Assembly (NCBI GenBank): GCA_965199495.1
Contig: CBDASK010000003.1
Coordinates: forward strand, 4,032,001 to 4,096,000
Length of the DNA: 64,000 nucleotides
Reading direction: 5' to 3'
Source of the DNA: Abditibacterium sp.
GTDB taxonomy: Bacteria > Armatimonadota > Abditibacteriia > Abditibacteriales > Abditibacteriaceae
Numbering within the stretch: the first letter of the stretch is position 1; every line of letters starts with the position of its first letter. Shown piece after piece: positions 20,456 to 29,544 of this stretch. Made by a program: the position numbers and the translations under genes. The notes under the pieces were generated by a model. That model was not told the origin of the DNA. It saw nothing but the letters and a program-made list of their open reading frames with translations, and made no database searches.

Positions 20456-20887
20456 GTGCGCATTTCACGGCGAGTCAGTTTGCATTTCGCGCCCAGAACA
20501 TTGTTTTGGGTCGCTTTGATGCTCGTCTTCGCTCAGGTCGCGCACGCTTTCGACGCGTGTTCCGCTTCCCTCGAAACGGCGCGACAATCAACGACATTGG
20601 TCAAGGCACCCTGTTCCGACAATCATGTTTGCGAGTTGTGCGCGATGACGCCTTCCGATCATATTTGTCATTGCACGCCCGAACCCGCCGTTCGCGTGAC
20701 TTCTGGCCTTCATTTGACTGAACCCCCGTTGATTTTCGTGGATGCGCCGTTTGCCGCATCCCTTGTTGTGCCGTCCGCCGAACCATCGAGCCGAATCCAC
20801 CCTCACGCCGATGCGGATGTGCCACCGCTACGCTCACAGTATTTGGCGCCCCAACTTTCCGGTCGCGCCCCTCCTTTTTCGGTTTAA
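20456..20887 (+). CDS. DUF2946-like regulatory leader peptide (signal peptide, CxxC, C-terminal RAPP)
   Basis: AQVAHA signal end; HVCELC and HICHC; ends LSGRAPPFSV; upstream of a metal efflux operon. Confidence 0.75.
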   Translation: MRISRRVSLHFAPRTLFWVALMLVFAQVAHAFDACSASLETARQSTTLVKAPCSDNHVCELCAMTPSDHICHCTPEPAVRVTSGLHLTEPPLIFVDAPFAASLVVPSAEPSSRIHPHADADVPPLRSQYLAPQLSGRAPPFSV

Positions 20888-20966
20888 TTTCGCGTTTGCC
20901 CCGCAAAACGCGCGTTTTCGCGCGTCTGCTGAGGGCAATTTTACTCGTTTCTAAAACCCAAAGGAG
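20871..20966 (+). promoter_or_regulatory. predicted SD-sequestering hairpin
   Basis: CTCCTTT(20871-77) and GGTTT(20881-85) are complementary to AAACC(20954-58) and AAAGGAG(20960-66); inner TTGCCC/GGGCAA pairing. Confidence 0.6.
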
Positions 20967-20972
20967 AACCCG

Positions 20973-22451
20973 TTGTCCCCTCGTTTTTCCGCACAAAGCG
21001 TGCTTTTTGTCGTGCTTTGTTGCGCCTTTCCCGCGTCGGCTCAGATAGCAGCCACTTCGCCCGCGACTTCGCCCGCTTCGCCGCAAAATCCCGTTGCGCT
21101 CGATGAATTAATCGCGCGCGCACTGCAAAATAATCCGCAACCGCAAATCGCCGCCGCCAACCTCGAAGCGGCGCGCGCCCGCGCCAGTTCTGCGCGCGCG
21201 CCTATAGGCCCGACACTGCAAATTGTGCCCGGCATCGGTGGCAAGGCACAATCGCGCGATGAAGAAATTTTGCTCTCGCAACCGATAGATTTATTCGGCC
21301 AGCGTCGCGCCGCGCGCCGCGTTTTTGACGCACAACTGAGCGGCGCACAGGCGCAACGCGACGGCGCTATGCGCGCATTAGTTATCGCGGTGAAAAACGC
21401 CGCCGCTGAACTGTTCGCGGCACAAGAGTCCGAGTCGTTGGGACGGGCGCAACTCGAAATCGCGCAACAATTTCGCGATGCCGCAGCGCGTCGCGCGCAA
21501 CTGGGCGAAGTGCCCGCCGTGCAAACGCAGCGCGCGCAACTCGAACTCGACCGCGCCTCCATCGAACTCGACGCCGCCATCGCACAACGCGCGATTCGCC
21601 GCGTTCGATTAAATCAACTCATCGGCGCCGCGCCGCAAGCGCCGCTTATTGTCGCGTTGCCCGAAATTTCGTTCGGCGACATCGGGCCACTTGCGGCCCC
21701 TTCCATTTCCGAAGCTCCGACGAACTCTTCGTCATCGGAAAGCGCGAATCTAAATCCCGAAATCGTGCCCGCTTCATCGCAGGTCGGCACTGATTTGGTC
21801 GCCACGCGCGCGGCTCTTTTGCCGGGCGCCCTGCAACGTCCCGATGTTTTATCGGCGCGATCGGCGGTTGAGGTGGCGCGCGCTCAGGCCAACGCGATTG
21901 CCGCACAAAGACGACCGCAACTCGAAATTCAGGCGCGACGCGGCGGAGTCTTCGATGGGGCTTCGACTTCGCTGCGCGCTGTTTTGACGGTTCCACTTTT
22001 CGGTTTGGGCGCCAACCGCAATCAGCAACGCGCCGCCGAATTTGAAGCGCAAGCCGGAGAAAAACAGCTCGAATTGTTGCGCTCGCAGGTCGCTACGCAA
22101 TTGGAAAGCGCGCTAATTTCGCTCCATCAAAGCCGCGTTGTGGTCGCGCGTTATCGCGATTCCATTTTGCCACAGACGCTCGATTTATTGCGCAAAACCC
22201 AGATCGGTTACGCGGCGGGCGCCTCGACTTATCTCGAAGTTTTGGAAGCGCAACGCGCGACTAAACAAGTTCAAACCGAATATTTGCAAGCGTTGGCGGG
22301 CGTAAGGTCGGGCGAAGCCAATCTGGAAAATGCGCTCGGCGCGGATTACGTTGTGCCGTCGGGCGCAGTCAATAACCCCGAAATTTTGGCCGTGCCCCCC
22401 GGCGTGGCTGCATTGGGGACAGTGCCAAATGATTTGGTGCCGGAAAACTAA
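20973..22451 (+). CDS. czcC: TolC/CzcC family outer membrane efflux protein
   Basis: signal peptide; ALQNNP, QRPDV--AR, Y-AG-STYLEVLEAQR; TTG start with AAGGAG. Confidence 0.85.
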   Translation: MSPRFSAQSVLFVVLCCAFPASAQIAATSPATSPASPQNPVALDELIARALQNNPQPQIAAANLEAARARASSARAPIGPTLQIVPGIGGKAQSRDEEILLSQPIDLFGQRRAARRVFDAQLSGAQAQRDGAMRALVIAVKNAAAELFAAQESESLGRAQLEIAQQFRDAAARRAQLGEVPAVQTQRAQLELDRASIELDAAIAQRAIRRVRLNQLIGAAPQAPLIVALPEISFGDIGPLAAPSISEAPTNSSSSESANLNPEIVPASSQVGTDLVATRAALLPGALQRPDVLSARSAVEVARAQANAIAAQRRPQLEIQARRGGVFDGASTSLRAVLTVPLFGLGANRNQQRAAEFEAQAGEKQLELLRSQVATQLESALISLHQSRVVVARYRDSILPQTLDLLRKTQIGYAAGASTYLEVLEAQRATKQVQTEYLQALAGVRSGEANLENALGADYVVPSGAVNNPEILAVPPGVAALGTVPNDLVPEN

Positions 22452-22515
22452 GTGTGATAATGCAAGCGAATAAATTCGCGGCTACCAATTAATTTCTAAC
22501 TCCTATCAAATAATC

Positions 22516-24567
22516 ATGTTTAAATCATTTCTGCGCGCCACCCTTGTCGGCGCCAGCCTAATTTTCGTCATCGGCGGTTGCCAACCTAAACCGCCCGTCG
22601 AAACAGCGCACGCCGAAGGCGATGAACACGCGGAAGACGAACACTCCGAAGAAAGCCACAAAGAAGGCGAAGATCACGCGACCGAGGCGATTCATTTCGA
22701 GGGCGATGGCGCCCAGAAAGCGGGTATTTCCATCCAAACCATCACGGCGACGCCGCTCGTCACGGGCATTCCGGTGAGTGGCTCGATTGAAGCCAGCCCC
22801 AACCGCGTGGCCAATGTGTCTTCGATTGTGTCGGGGCGTATTGTCCAGCTCAACGTCGTCGCTGGCGAATCCGTGGACAAAGGCGATGTTTTGGCGATCA
22901 TCGAAAGTCGCGGCGTCGGCGAGGCGCAAGCCGCATTTGCAAGTGCGACGGCACGCTTGCAAAACGCGCGTTCCAATTTGCGCATTATTGAGTCGCAAGC
23001 GCGCGTGGGCGTCTATTCGCGCGCACCGCTCGAAAGTGCGCGCGCCCGCCTCAACGATTCCAGCGCCGATGTCAACACTGCGCGCACTGCGCTCAATACG
23101 GCGAGCGCAACTCAGCGTAATGTGAGTCAACAGGTGAGCGCGGGCAGTTTTGCTTCGCCCGCCATCGAAAATGCGCGGCGCGAAAAAGCTGCCGCTGATG
23201 CCGCGCTCAAAAGCGCGCGGGCCGAACTTTCGAGCGCGCAATCGAGCGTGAAATCTGCCGAATCCGAACTGGCGCGCCGCCGCGCTGTTGCGAGCGGCGG
23301 CGGTTATGGCGCGCGCGCCGCGCAAGTCGCCGCGCGCGATTTGGCGGCGGCACAAGCCGCGCGCGATGCCGCGCAAAGCGAAGTCGAAACCGCGCGTTCC
23401 AACCTCACGCGCGCGACGAAATTGGAAGCCGAAGGTCTGGTTTCGACGCGCGATTTGGAGTTGGCGCGCACGGCTTTAGAAAACGCGCAAGCGAAATTAG
23501 CCAGCGCGCGCGCCGAAATCGAGAGTGCGCAAGCCGAAGCCACGCGCCAAACGAAATTGTCGCAATCGAACGCGACTGGCAACGCTGAAATCGCCGCCGC
23601 CCAGACCGCTTTGACGAGCGCCCAATCCGCCGTGGCTGCTCGCCGCGCCGAGATCGAACGCGCGGGGCGCAATCTCAATTTGGCAGAAATCGCTTTGAAG
23701 CGCGAGGACGTAATTTTGCGCGCGGGCGTGGCCAACCGCCGCGAAACCGTCGGCGCGCGAAGCGCCGTTTCGTCCGCACAAACCGCGCTCAAACGCGCGC
23801 AGACGGCACAGCAAATCGCGCAAACGGTTTACAATCGCGAAGAGAAAATTTATCGTCAGAATCTGAACAATCAATCGCAGATCCAAACGGCGCGCGCGCA
23901 ACTCGTCAGCGCGCAAAGCGACGCCGATGGCGCGCGCACCGCGCTCCAATTGCTGCGCAGCGCGCCCGGTGGGAATGCGCGCGTGCCGATTCGCGCGCCG
24001 ATTGCTGGCGTAATCACCGAGCGCAACGCGGCGCTTGGCGAAGTTTTGAATGACGATACGCATCTGCTGACGATCTCGGATTTGTCGGTCGTTCACGCGG
24101 ATATGTTCGTGCCCGAACGCGAAATCGCTCGTGTGCAAATCGGTTCGCCCGTCGAAATTCGCGCCGACGCTGTGCCCAACCGCGTTTATCAGACTCGCAT
24201 CGAACTGATTCACAAAACGCTCGACCCCAAAACGCGCACAGTCGAAGTTCACGGCGAAATTGATAACGCCGACGGCCAATTGCGTTTGGGCATGGCGCTC
24301 AATGCGACGATTCAAAGCGGCGCGCAATCGCAATTGGGACTGCGCGTTCCGACCGAAGCGATTCAAGAATTCGAGGGCGAAAAAGTCGTCTTCATGCCTG
24401 CCGATGAGCCGAATACGTTCGTGAAACGCCCCGTCGAGATAGGAGCCACGGCGGGCGGCATGACTTTAATTAAAAGTGGTTTGTCGAGCGGCGATAAGGT
24501 CGTGGTGAAGGGCGCGTTCATGGTCAAGGCGCAGACGATGAAAGCGGAATTGGGGCACGAGGATTAG
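22516..24567 (+). CDS. czcB: RND periplasmic adaptor (CzcB-like) with very long coiled coil
   Basis: lipobox IGGC; His/Glu-rich N-terminus; GESVDKGDVL, IRAPIAGVI, LDPKTRTV, GL--GDKVVVKGAF. Confidence 0.85.
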   Translation: MFKSFLRATLVGASLIFVIGGCQPKPPVETAHAEGDEHAEDEHSEESHKEGEDHATEAIHFEGDGAQKAGISIQTITATPLVTGIPVSGSIEASPNRVANVSSIVSGRIVQLNVVAGESVDKGDVLAIIESRGVGEAQAAFASATARLQNARSNLRIIESQARVGVYSRAPLESARARLNDSSADVNTARTALNTASATQRNVSQQVSAGSFASPAIENARREKAAADAALKSARAELSSAQSSVKSAESELARRRAVASGGGYGARAAQVAARDLAAAQAARDAAQSEVETARSNLTRATKLEAEGLVSTRDLELARTALENAQAKLASARAEIESAQAEATRQTKLSQSNATGNAEIAAAQTALTSAQSAVAARRAEIERAGRNLNLAEIALKREDVILRAGVANRRETVGARSAVSSAQTALKRAQTAQQIAQTVYNREEKIYRQNLNNQSQIQTARAQLVSAQSDADGARTALQLLRSAPGGNARVPIRAPIAGVITERNAALGEVLNDDTHLLTISDLSVVHADMFVPEREIARVQIGSPVEIRADAVPNRVYQTRIELIHKTLDPKTRTVEVHGEIDNADGQLRLGMALNATIQSGAQSQLGLRVPTEAIQEFEGEKVVFMPADEPNTFVKRPVEIGATAGGMTLIKSGLSSGDKVVVKGAFMVKAQTMKAELGHED

Positions 24568-24581
24568 TTTCTGTTTCCGTG

Positions 24582-24838
24582 CGGCAACATGGAAGTTTGA
24601 GGCGGCTATGACTCACACCCCCTCTGCCTTCGCACTGCCCTGGTTCCACCGGGCGCCCACCCCCTCCGAGAGGCGGAGAGCGCCGAAGTAACTTTCGCCG
24701 CGTTGTATTAGTAAGAAAGCTCCGAAACGTCCGAGGCATTCTTCCCCTCTCGGAGGGGGGTGGGCGCCCGGTGGAACCAGGGCAGTGCGAAGGCAGAGGG
24801 GGTGTGGGTAAAAGCCGCTTCAAAATGCCATTTTGCCG
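24582..24838. repeat. long palindromic element (CCCCCTC/GAGGGGG family), copy 1
   Basis: arms ACTCACACCCCCTCTGCCTTCGCACTGCCC...GGGCAGTGCGAAGGCAGAGGGGGTGTGGGT (core 24611-24809); second copy at 56658. Confidence 0.9.
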
Positions 24839-24877
24839 AATGGTTCGCTCACTTCATCCTTAAAGGCCAAAAAATAA

Positions 24878-27800
24878 ATGATTAACACTCTCATCCGGTT
24901 CTCCATCCGAAACCGATTTTTCGTCGTGCTACTCGCGCTCGCACTTTTGGCGGGCGGCATTTACAGCGCCTTCAAACTGCCGATTGATGCCATTCCCGAT
25001 GTCACCAACAAGCAGGTGCAAATCAACACCGTCGTCGCGGGACTCGCGCCGCCCGAAGTTGAACAACAGGTCACGTTTCCGCTCGAAGTCGCGCTCGCCG
25101 GAATGCCAAAGCTCGTCGAAACACGCTCGATTTCGCAATTCGGTTTGTCCCAAGTCACGGTGATTTTCGAGGACAACGTCGATATTTACTTCGCGCGCCA
25201 ACTCGTTTTCGAGCGATTGCAAAGCGCCCGTGACGATTTGCCCGCCGGAGCGCAGCCCGAAATGGGGCCGGTCTCGACGGGTTTAGGCGAAATTTATTAC
25301 TTGTTCCTCGAAGGCCCGCAAACCTTGGAAGAGCGCCGCACTTTGATGGATTTCACCGTGAAGCCGCAACTGCGCACCGTGCCCGGTTTGAGCGAAGTCA
25401 ATACGTGGGGCGGGCAGGCCAAACAGTATCAAATCGTCGCCGACCCGCAGAAATTGGCGGCGCGCGGCCTGACGATTCGCGATTTGACCGAGGCGGTTGA
25501 GCGCAACAATCAAAACGCGGGCGGCGGCGTTTTGCACACGGGCGATGAGCAAGAATTCGTGCGCGGCGTCGGCAGAATCCAATCTATCGGCGACATCGAG
25601 AATATCGTCGTCAAAGCGCAGGGTGGCGTGGGGGTGTTCGTGCGCGATGTGGCGACGGTGAAAACCGGCGGCCAACCGCGTCAAGGCGCCGTCACGCGCA
25701 ATGGCAAAGGCGAAGCGGTGACGGGAATCACCATGCTTTTGCTGGGCGAAAACGGGCGCGTTGTCGTGGATGCGGTGAAAGATCGCGTCGAGAAAATTCA
25801 GAAAACGCTGCCCAAAGGCACTAAATTAGTGGGCGAACTCGACCGCAGCGATTTGATTAAACGCACCCTGGCAACCGCGATTCGCAATCTCGCCGAGGGT
25901 GGATTGTTAGTCATCGGCGTGCTGTTTCTGTTTTTGCTGCAACTGCGCGCAGGCCTCATCGTTTCGAGCGCGATTCCGCTCGCCATGCTTTTCGCCATTA
26001 TCGGCATGAACTACTTTGGCGTGAGCGCCAATTTGATGAGTCTGGGCGCGGTTGATTTCGGTTTGATCGTGGACGGCGCCGTCATTATCGTCGAAAATAT
26101 CGTGCGAAGATTAGCCGAATCGCGCCACCATCTGGGGCGGGACTTGACCGAAACCGAACGATTGGACGAGATATTCGAGGGCGCCGTCGAAGTGCGCCAA
26201 TCCTCACAATTCGGCGAAATGATCATCATCGCGGCGTATTTGCCGATTCTATCGCTGGTCGGCATCGAAGGCAAAATGTTCAAACCGATGGGCTTGGTCG
26301 TCATCATGGCGCTCGTTGGCGCATTGATATTATCAATGACGGTGATTCCGGCGTTGTGCGCGTATTTTCTCAAAGCGGCGCCCGAACGCGAATCGCCGGT
26401 TGTCAAAGTCGCTTCCAAATTTTACGCGCCCAGTTTAAATTGGGTTTTGGGACATCGCTGGCCCGTTGTTGGTGGCGCGGTCGTATTTATCGCGTTGTGC
26501 GCGTCGCTGTTCCCGCGCTTGGGGTCGGAATTCATCCCGCAATTGGACGAAGGCTCGATGGCGATTCAGATCGCTTATCCGCCTTCGATGTCCATCGAAT
26601 ATGCAGCCACGCGCGCGACGGCGTTCGAGAAAAAATTGCTGGCTGAGTTTCCCAACGAGATCAACACGGTCTTCACGCGCATTGGGCGCGCCGAAGTCGC
26701 CACCGATCCGATGTTGCCGTCGCAGCAAGATATGATTATCACGCTCAAGCCGCAGAGCGGGTGGAGCAGGGCGAAATCGAAAGACGAGTTGGTGGGCGAA
26801 ATGGCCGAAGTCGCCGAGAAAATGCCGGGCATGGGCGCTTCGATGGCGCAACCGATTCAGATGCGCATGAACGAACTCATCGAAGGCGTCGGTATCCGCA
26901 GCGAATTGGGCATCGAGCTTTACGGCGACGACTTAACTATTCTGGCGCAAAAAGGCGCCGAAATCGGCAAAGTGTTGCGCACCGTTCCCGGCAACGCCGA
27001 CGTGGCTGTCGAGACGACCGAAGGTTTGCCGGTTCTCAACATTGACATCCGCCGCGACGCCGTCGCGCGCTATGGCATCAACGTCGCCGATGTGCAACAC
27101 ACGATTCAAGCCGCCATTGGCGGCGAAGAAGTCGGCGAAGTCATCAAGGGCAACGCGCGTTTCCCGATTGCCGTGCGCCTGGAAGAACGCTTTCGCCGCG
27201 ATCCCGAAGCCATCGCGCGCATCGAAATTCCCGCGCCCGATGGCTCGACTGTCGCGCTGGGCCAACTCGCTTCGATCCAATCCACGCAAGGCCCAGTGCA
27301 GATTTCGCGCGAAAATGGCAGTCGTCGCGTCGTGATTCAGGCCAACATGCGCGGGCGCGATTTGGGTTCGTTTGTCGAGGAAGCGCGTGCCAAAATCGAG
27401 CGCGAAGTTTCGCTTGCTCCCGGTTATCGCGTCGAATACGGCGGCACTTACGAGAAGTTGCAGAGCGGGCGCGCGCGTTTGGCGCTCATCGTTCCGGCGA
27501 CGTTCGGGATTATCTTCATCCTGCTATTCACTACTTTTGGCAGCGTGAAACAGGCGATTTTGGTCTTCACCGGCATTCCGTTCGCCATCACCGGCGGCAT
27601 TCTGGCGCTGATGATGCGCGGCATTCCGTTCTCGATGAGCGCGGCTGTGGGATTCATTGCCCTCTTCGGCGTGGCCGTGTTGAACGGATTGGTTCTGGTC
27701 AGCTTCATCAACCAACTGCGCGCGCGTGGTGAAAGCGTGCGCGATGCGGTCGAAAAAGGTTGCGCACTGCGTTTGCGCCCGGTTCTGATGACGGCGGCAG

Positions 27801-27979
27801 TCGCTTCGATTGGCTTTTTACCGATGGCGCTGGGCCACGGCGCGGGCGCCGAAGTGCAACGGCCATTAGCAACCGTGGTCATCGGCGGATTATTGACTTC
27901 AACACTTTTGACGTTATATGTTTTGCCGGTTTTGTATTTGTGGTTCGAGCGCGATGGTAAATCGGAAAATTTGACTTAA
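24878..27979 (+). CDS. czcA: CusA/CzcA heavy-metal efflux RND transporter
   Basis: LPIDAIPDVT, ANLMSLGAVDFGLIVDGAVIIVEN, GIEGKMFKPM, RLRPVLMTA, GAEVQRPLATVVIGG. Confidence 0.96.
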   Translation: MINTLIRFSIRNRFFVVLLALALLAGGIYSAFKLPIDAIPDVTNKQVQINTVVAGLAPPEVEQQVTFPLEVALAGMPKLVETRSISQFGLSQVTVIFEDNVDIYFARQLVFERLQSARDDLPAGAQPEMGPVSTGLGEIYYLFLEGPQTLEERRTLMDFTVKPQLRTVPGLSEVNTWGGQAKQYQIVADPQKLAARGLTIRDLTEAVERNNQNAGGGVLHTGDEQEFVRGVGRIQSIGDIENIVVKAQGGVGVFVRDVATVKTGGQPRQGAVTRNGKGEAVTGITMLLLGENGRVVVDAVKDRVEKIQKTLPKGTKLVGELDRSDLIKRTLATAIRNLAEGGLLVIGVLFLFLLQLRAGLIVSSAIPLAMLFAIIGMNYFGVSANLMSLGAVDFGLIVDGAVIIVENIVRRLAESRHHLGRDLTETERLDEIFEGAVEVRQSSQFGEMIIIAAYLPILSLVGIEGKMFKPMGLVVIMALVGALILSMTVIPALCAYFLKAAPERESPVVKVASKFYAPSLNWVLGHRWPVVGGAVVFIALCASLFPRLGSEFIPQLDEGSMAIQIAYPPSMSIEYAATRATAFEKKLLAEFPNEINTVFTRIGRAEVATDPMLPSQQDMIITLKPQSGWSRAKSKDELVGEMAEVAEKMPGMGASMAQPIQMRMNELIEGVGIRSELGIELYGDDLTILAQKGAEIGKVLRTVPGNADVAVETTEGLPVLNIDIRRDAVARYGINVADVQHTIQAAIGGEEVGEVIKGNARFPIAVRLEERFRRDPEAIARIEIPAPDGSTVALGQLASIQSTQGPVQISRENGSRRVVIQANMRGRDLGSFVEEARAKIEREVSLAPGYRVEYGGTYEKLQSGRARLALIVPATFGIIFILLFTTFGSVKQAILVFTGIPFAITGGILALMMRGIPFSMSAAVGFIALFGVAVLNGLVLVSFINQLRARGESVRDAVEKGCALRLRPVLMTAAVASIGFLPMALGHGAGAEVQRPLATVVIGGLLTSTLLTLYVLPVLYLWFERDGKSENLT

Positions 27980-27991
27980 ACTACGATTCCA

Positions 27992-29278
27992 ATGAATACC
28001 AAACCCACGCTATGGAACCGTTTCTGCGCCAGCGCGACCGGCGAAGTTTCCGCCGATACGCTCGAAGCCTATCGCCGCGCCAGCCTCGCGGTTTACGATG
28101 CGCTCGAACATTCCGAAACGCACCGCGCGGGCGCCAAAGCAGATGGCAAAAACGCCTGGACTTTGCCCAAATCCACGCAGGCCGAAATGCTCTGCACCTG
28201 GAACGCGTTCGTTTTGCAAACGCTGGGCGACCGCTTTCTGGACGCCGATTACGAAGGCGATCCGCACACCGTCGGGTTCGTGCCAGCGATTACGTCCGAT
28301 CAGATTTTGAGTTTTTATACCCAAGTCGAAGGCTGGCTCAACCGCGCGCAACAGGCGCACTTCAATCCCGACTATAAACTCGACGTATCTGTGCCCGCCG
28401 CCTTGCCCGCGTGGAGCGAAGTCGAGCCGTGTCCCAACGCGCATTTAGTCGGAATGCTCGAAGCGATGCGCGCCGTGCGCGATCACACCGAAGCGGCGAT
28501 TTTGTTCCTCCAAGATTCGCCCGCACAGACCGACGAACAAACCAAAAACGCCAACCAGATTCGCCAAGTTCACGCGTCGGCCCAAACCAAAGCGCGCTAT
28601 GCCGAAGATATGATGAACGGCAGCAATCCGACGCGCGATGTGCATGAACGCGTCGAGGAACACGTCAAAGAAGCGGTCGAAAGTTATTATTTGCTGGGCC
28701 AATTATTGGCGATGCCCGAACTGGCGAACAATGTTTTGAATCCGCCGAAACCACTGCCGCTACCAGCCACGCCGCCTTTGTCGCCGCCTTCGCCGTTTTA
28801 CGCGCCGTCGCCCAATCAATTCGCGCCACAAAACGCGCAATTGGCGTTGCCCAACTCGCCCGATTTCGATATGTGGTGCCTGACGGCGCCCGAAGCGCAA
28901 AGCAAATTTGCGCAAGACCGCGAAGCGGTGCGCGCGATTAAAACGTTGTGGCAACTCGATCCCGATCCGCGCCGCACCGTTGAAATTCAAAGCGAAATTA
29001 ATGCGGCCTTGGCGCGCGGCGAAATCGGTTATGCGAGCGACCAATGGGGCAAAAAGTTGGGCCATTTTTTCTGCGCGCCGTGGGGCAGCGTTTACCTTGC
29101 CAAACGCCCAGTGACAATCGGCGGCACACGCATGATGACGATGCAACAATTCATCTTCAACGTAACGTGCGAAGGCGTTAATCTGGGCGCGCCCTTCGAG
29201 CGCGAAATTATGACGGGCAATTTCACGCCGACCTCAAAATTTGAATACGGCGACCCCAACGAAGCGCCCGATCATTGA
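27992..29278 (+). CDS. hypothetical protein
   Basis: 428-aa ORF with host-like codon usage, 12 bp after czcA; Pro-rich linker. Confidence 0.8.
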   Translation: MNTKPTLWNRFCASATGEVSADTLEAYRRASLAVYDALEHSETHRAGAKADGKNAWTLPKSTQAEMLCTWNAFVLQTLGDRFLDADYEGDPHTVGFVPAITSDQILSFYTQVEGWLNRAQQAHFNPDYKLDVSVPAALPAWSEVEPCPNAHLVGMLEAMRAVRDHTEAAILFLQDSPAQTDEQTKNANQIRQVHASAQTKARYAEDMMNGSNPTRDVHERVEEHVKEAVESYYLLGQLLAMPELANNVLNPPKPLPLPATPPLSPPSPFYAPSPNQFAPQNAQLALPNSPDFDMWCLTAPEAQSKFAQDREAVRAIKTLWQLDPDPRRTVEIQSEINAALARGEIGYASDQWGKKLGHFFCAPWGSVYLAKRPVTIGGTRMMTMQQFIFNVTCEGVNLGAPFEREIMTGNFTPTSKFEYGDPNEAPDH

Positions 29279-29302
29279 TAAATTTGCGGTAAGATATGGT
29301 GT

Positions 29303-29377
29303 GAAGTTCGGTCGTCCAACGGAAAGACACCCGCCTCTCACGCGGGGGATGCAGGTTCAAATCCCGCCCGAACTTCG
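29303..29377 (+). tRNA. tRNA-Glu(CTC)-like, atypical
   Basis: acceptor (GA)AGTTCGG/CCGAACT(TC); D-arm GTC..GAC; CCCGC-CTCTCAC-GCGGG; T-arm GCAGG-TTCAAAT-CCCGC with one mismatch. Confidence 0.8.
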
Positions 29378-29382
29378 CATTT

Positions 29383-29458
29383 GGAAGTCGTCGTCTAACG
29401 GAAAGACTCCGGTCTCCAGAACCGAAGAATGAAGGTTCAAATCCTTCCGACTTCCACC
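29383..29458 (+). tRNA. tRNA-Trp(CCA)-like, atypical
   Basis: acceptor GGAAGTCG/CGACTTCC then ACC; CCGGT-CTCCAGA-ACCGA; GAAGG-TTCAAAT-CCTTC. Confidence 0.8.
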
Positions 29459-29463
29459 GTTAT

Positions 29464-29540
29464 GAAAAGCCGTAGCTCAATGGAAGAGCGCCTGAATTGC
29501 ATTCAGGAAATGTGGGTTCAAGTCCCGTCGGCTTTTCACC
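29464..29540 (+). tRNA. tRNA-Ala(TGC)-like, atypical
   Basis: acceptor GAAAAGCCG/CGGCTTTTC then ACC; TAGCTCAATGGAAGAGC; CCTGA-ATTGCAT-TCAGG; GTGGG-TTCAAGT-CCCGT; lacks G3:U70. Confidence 0.78.
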
Positions 29541-29544
29541 TCTC

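Noticed and set aside
24524..24823. 99-aa ORF, and the similar 56764-57123 ORF
   Set aside because: Read through the palindromic repeat element; no coding features.
29383..29458. Selenocysteine or suppressor tRNA
   Set aside because: Anticodon is CCA and the variable region is short despite the 8-bp acceptor stem.
29303..29540. Prophage or island integration site at the tRNAs
   Set aside because: No integrase, phage genes or duplicated tRNA 3-prime end seen.
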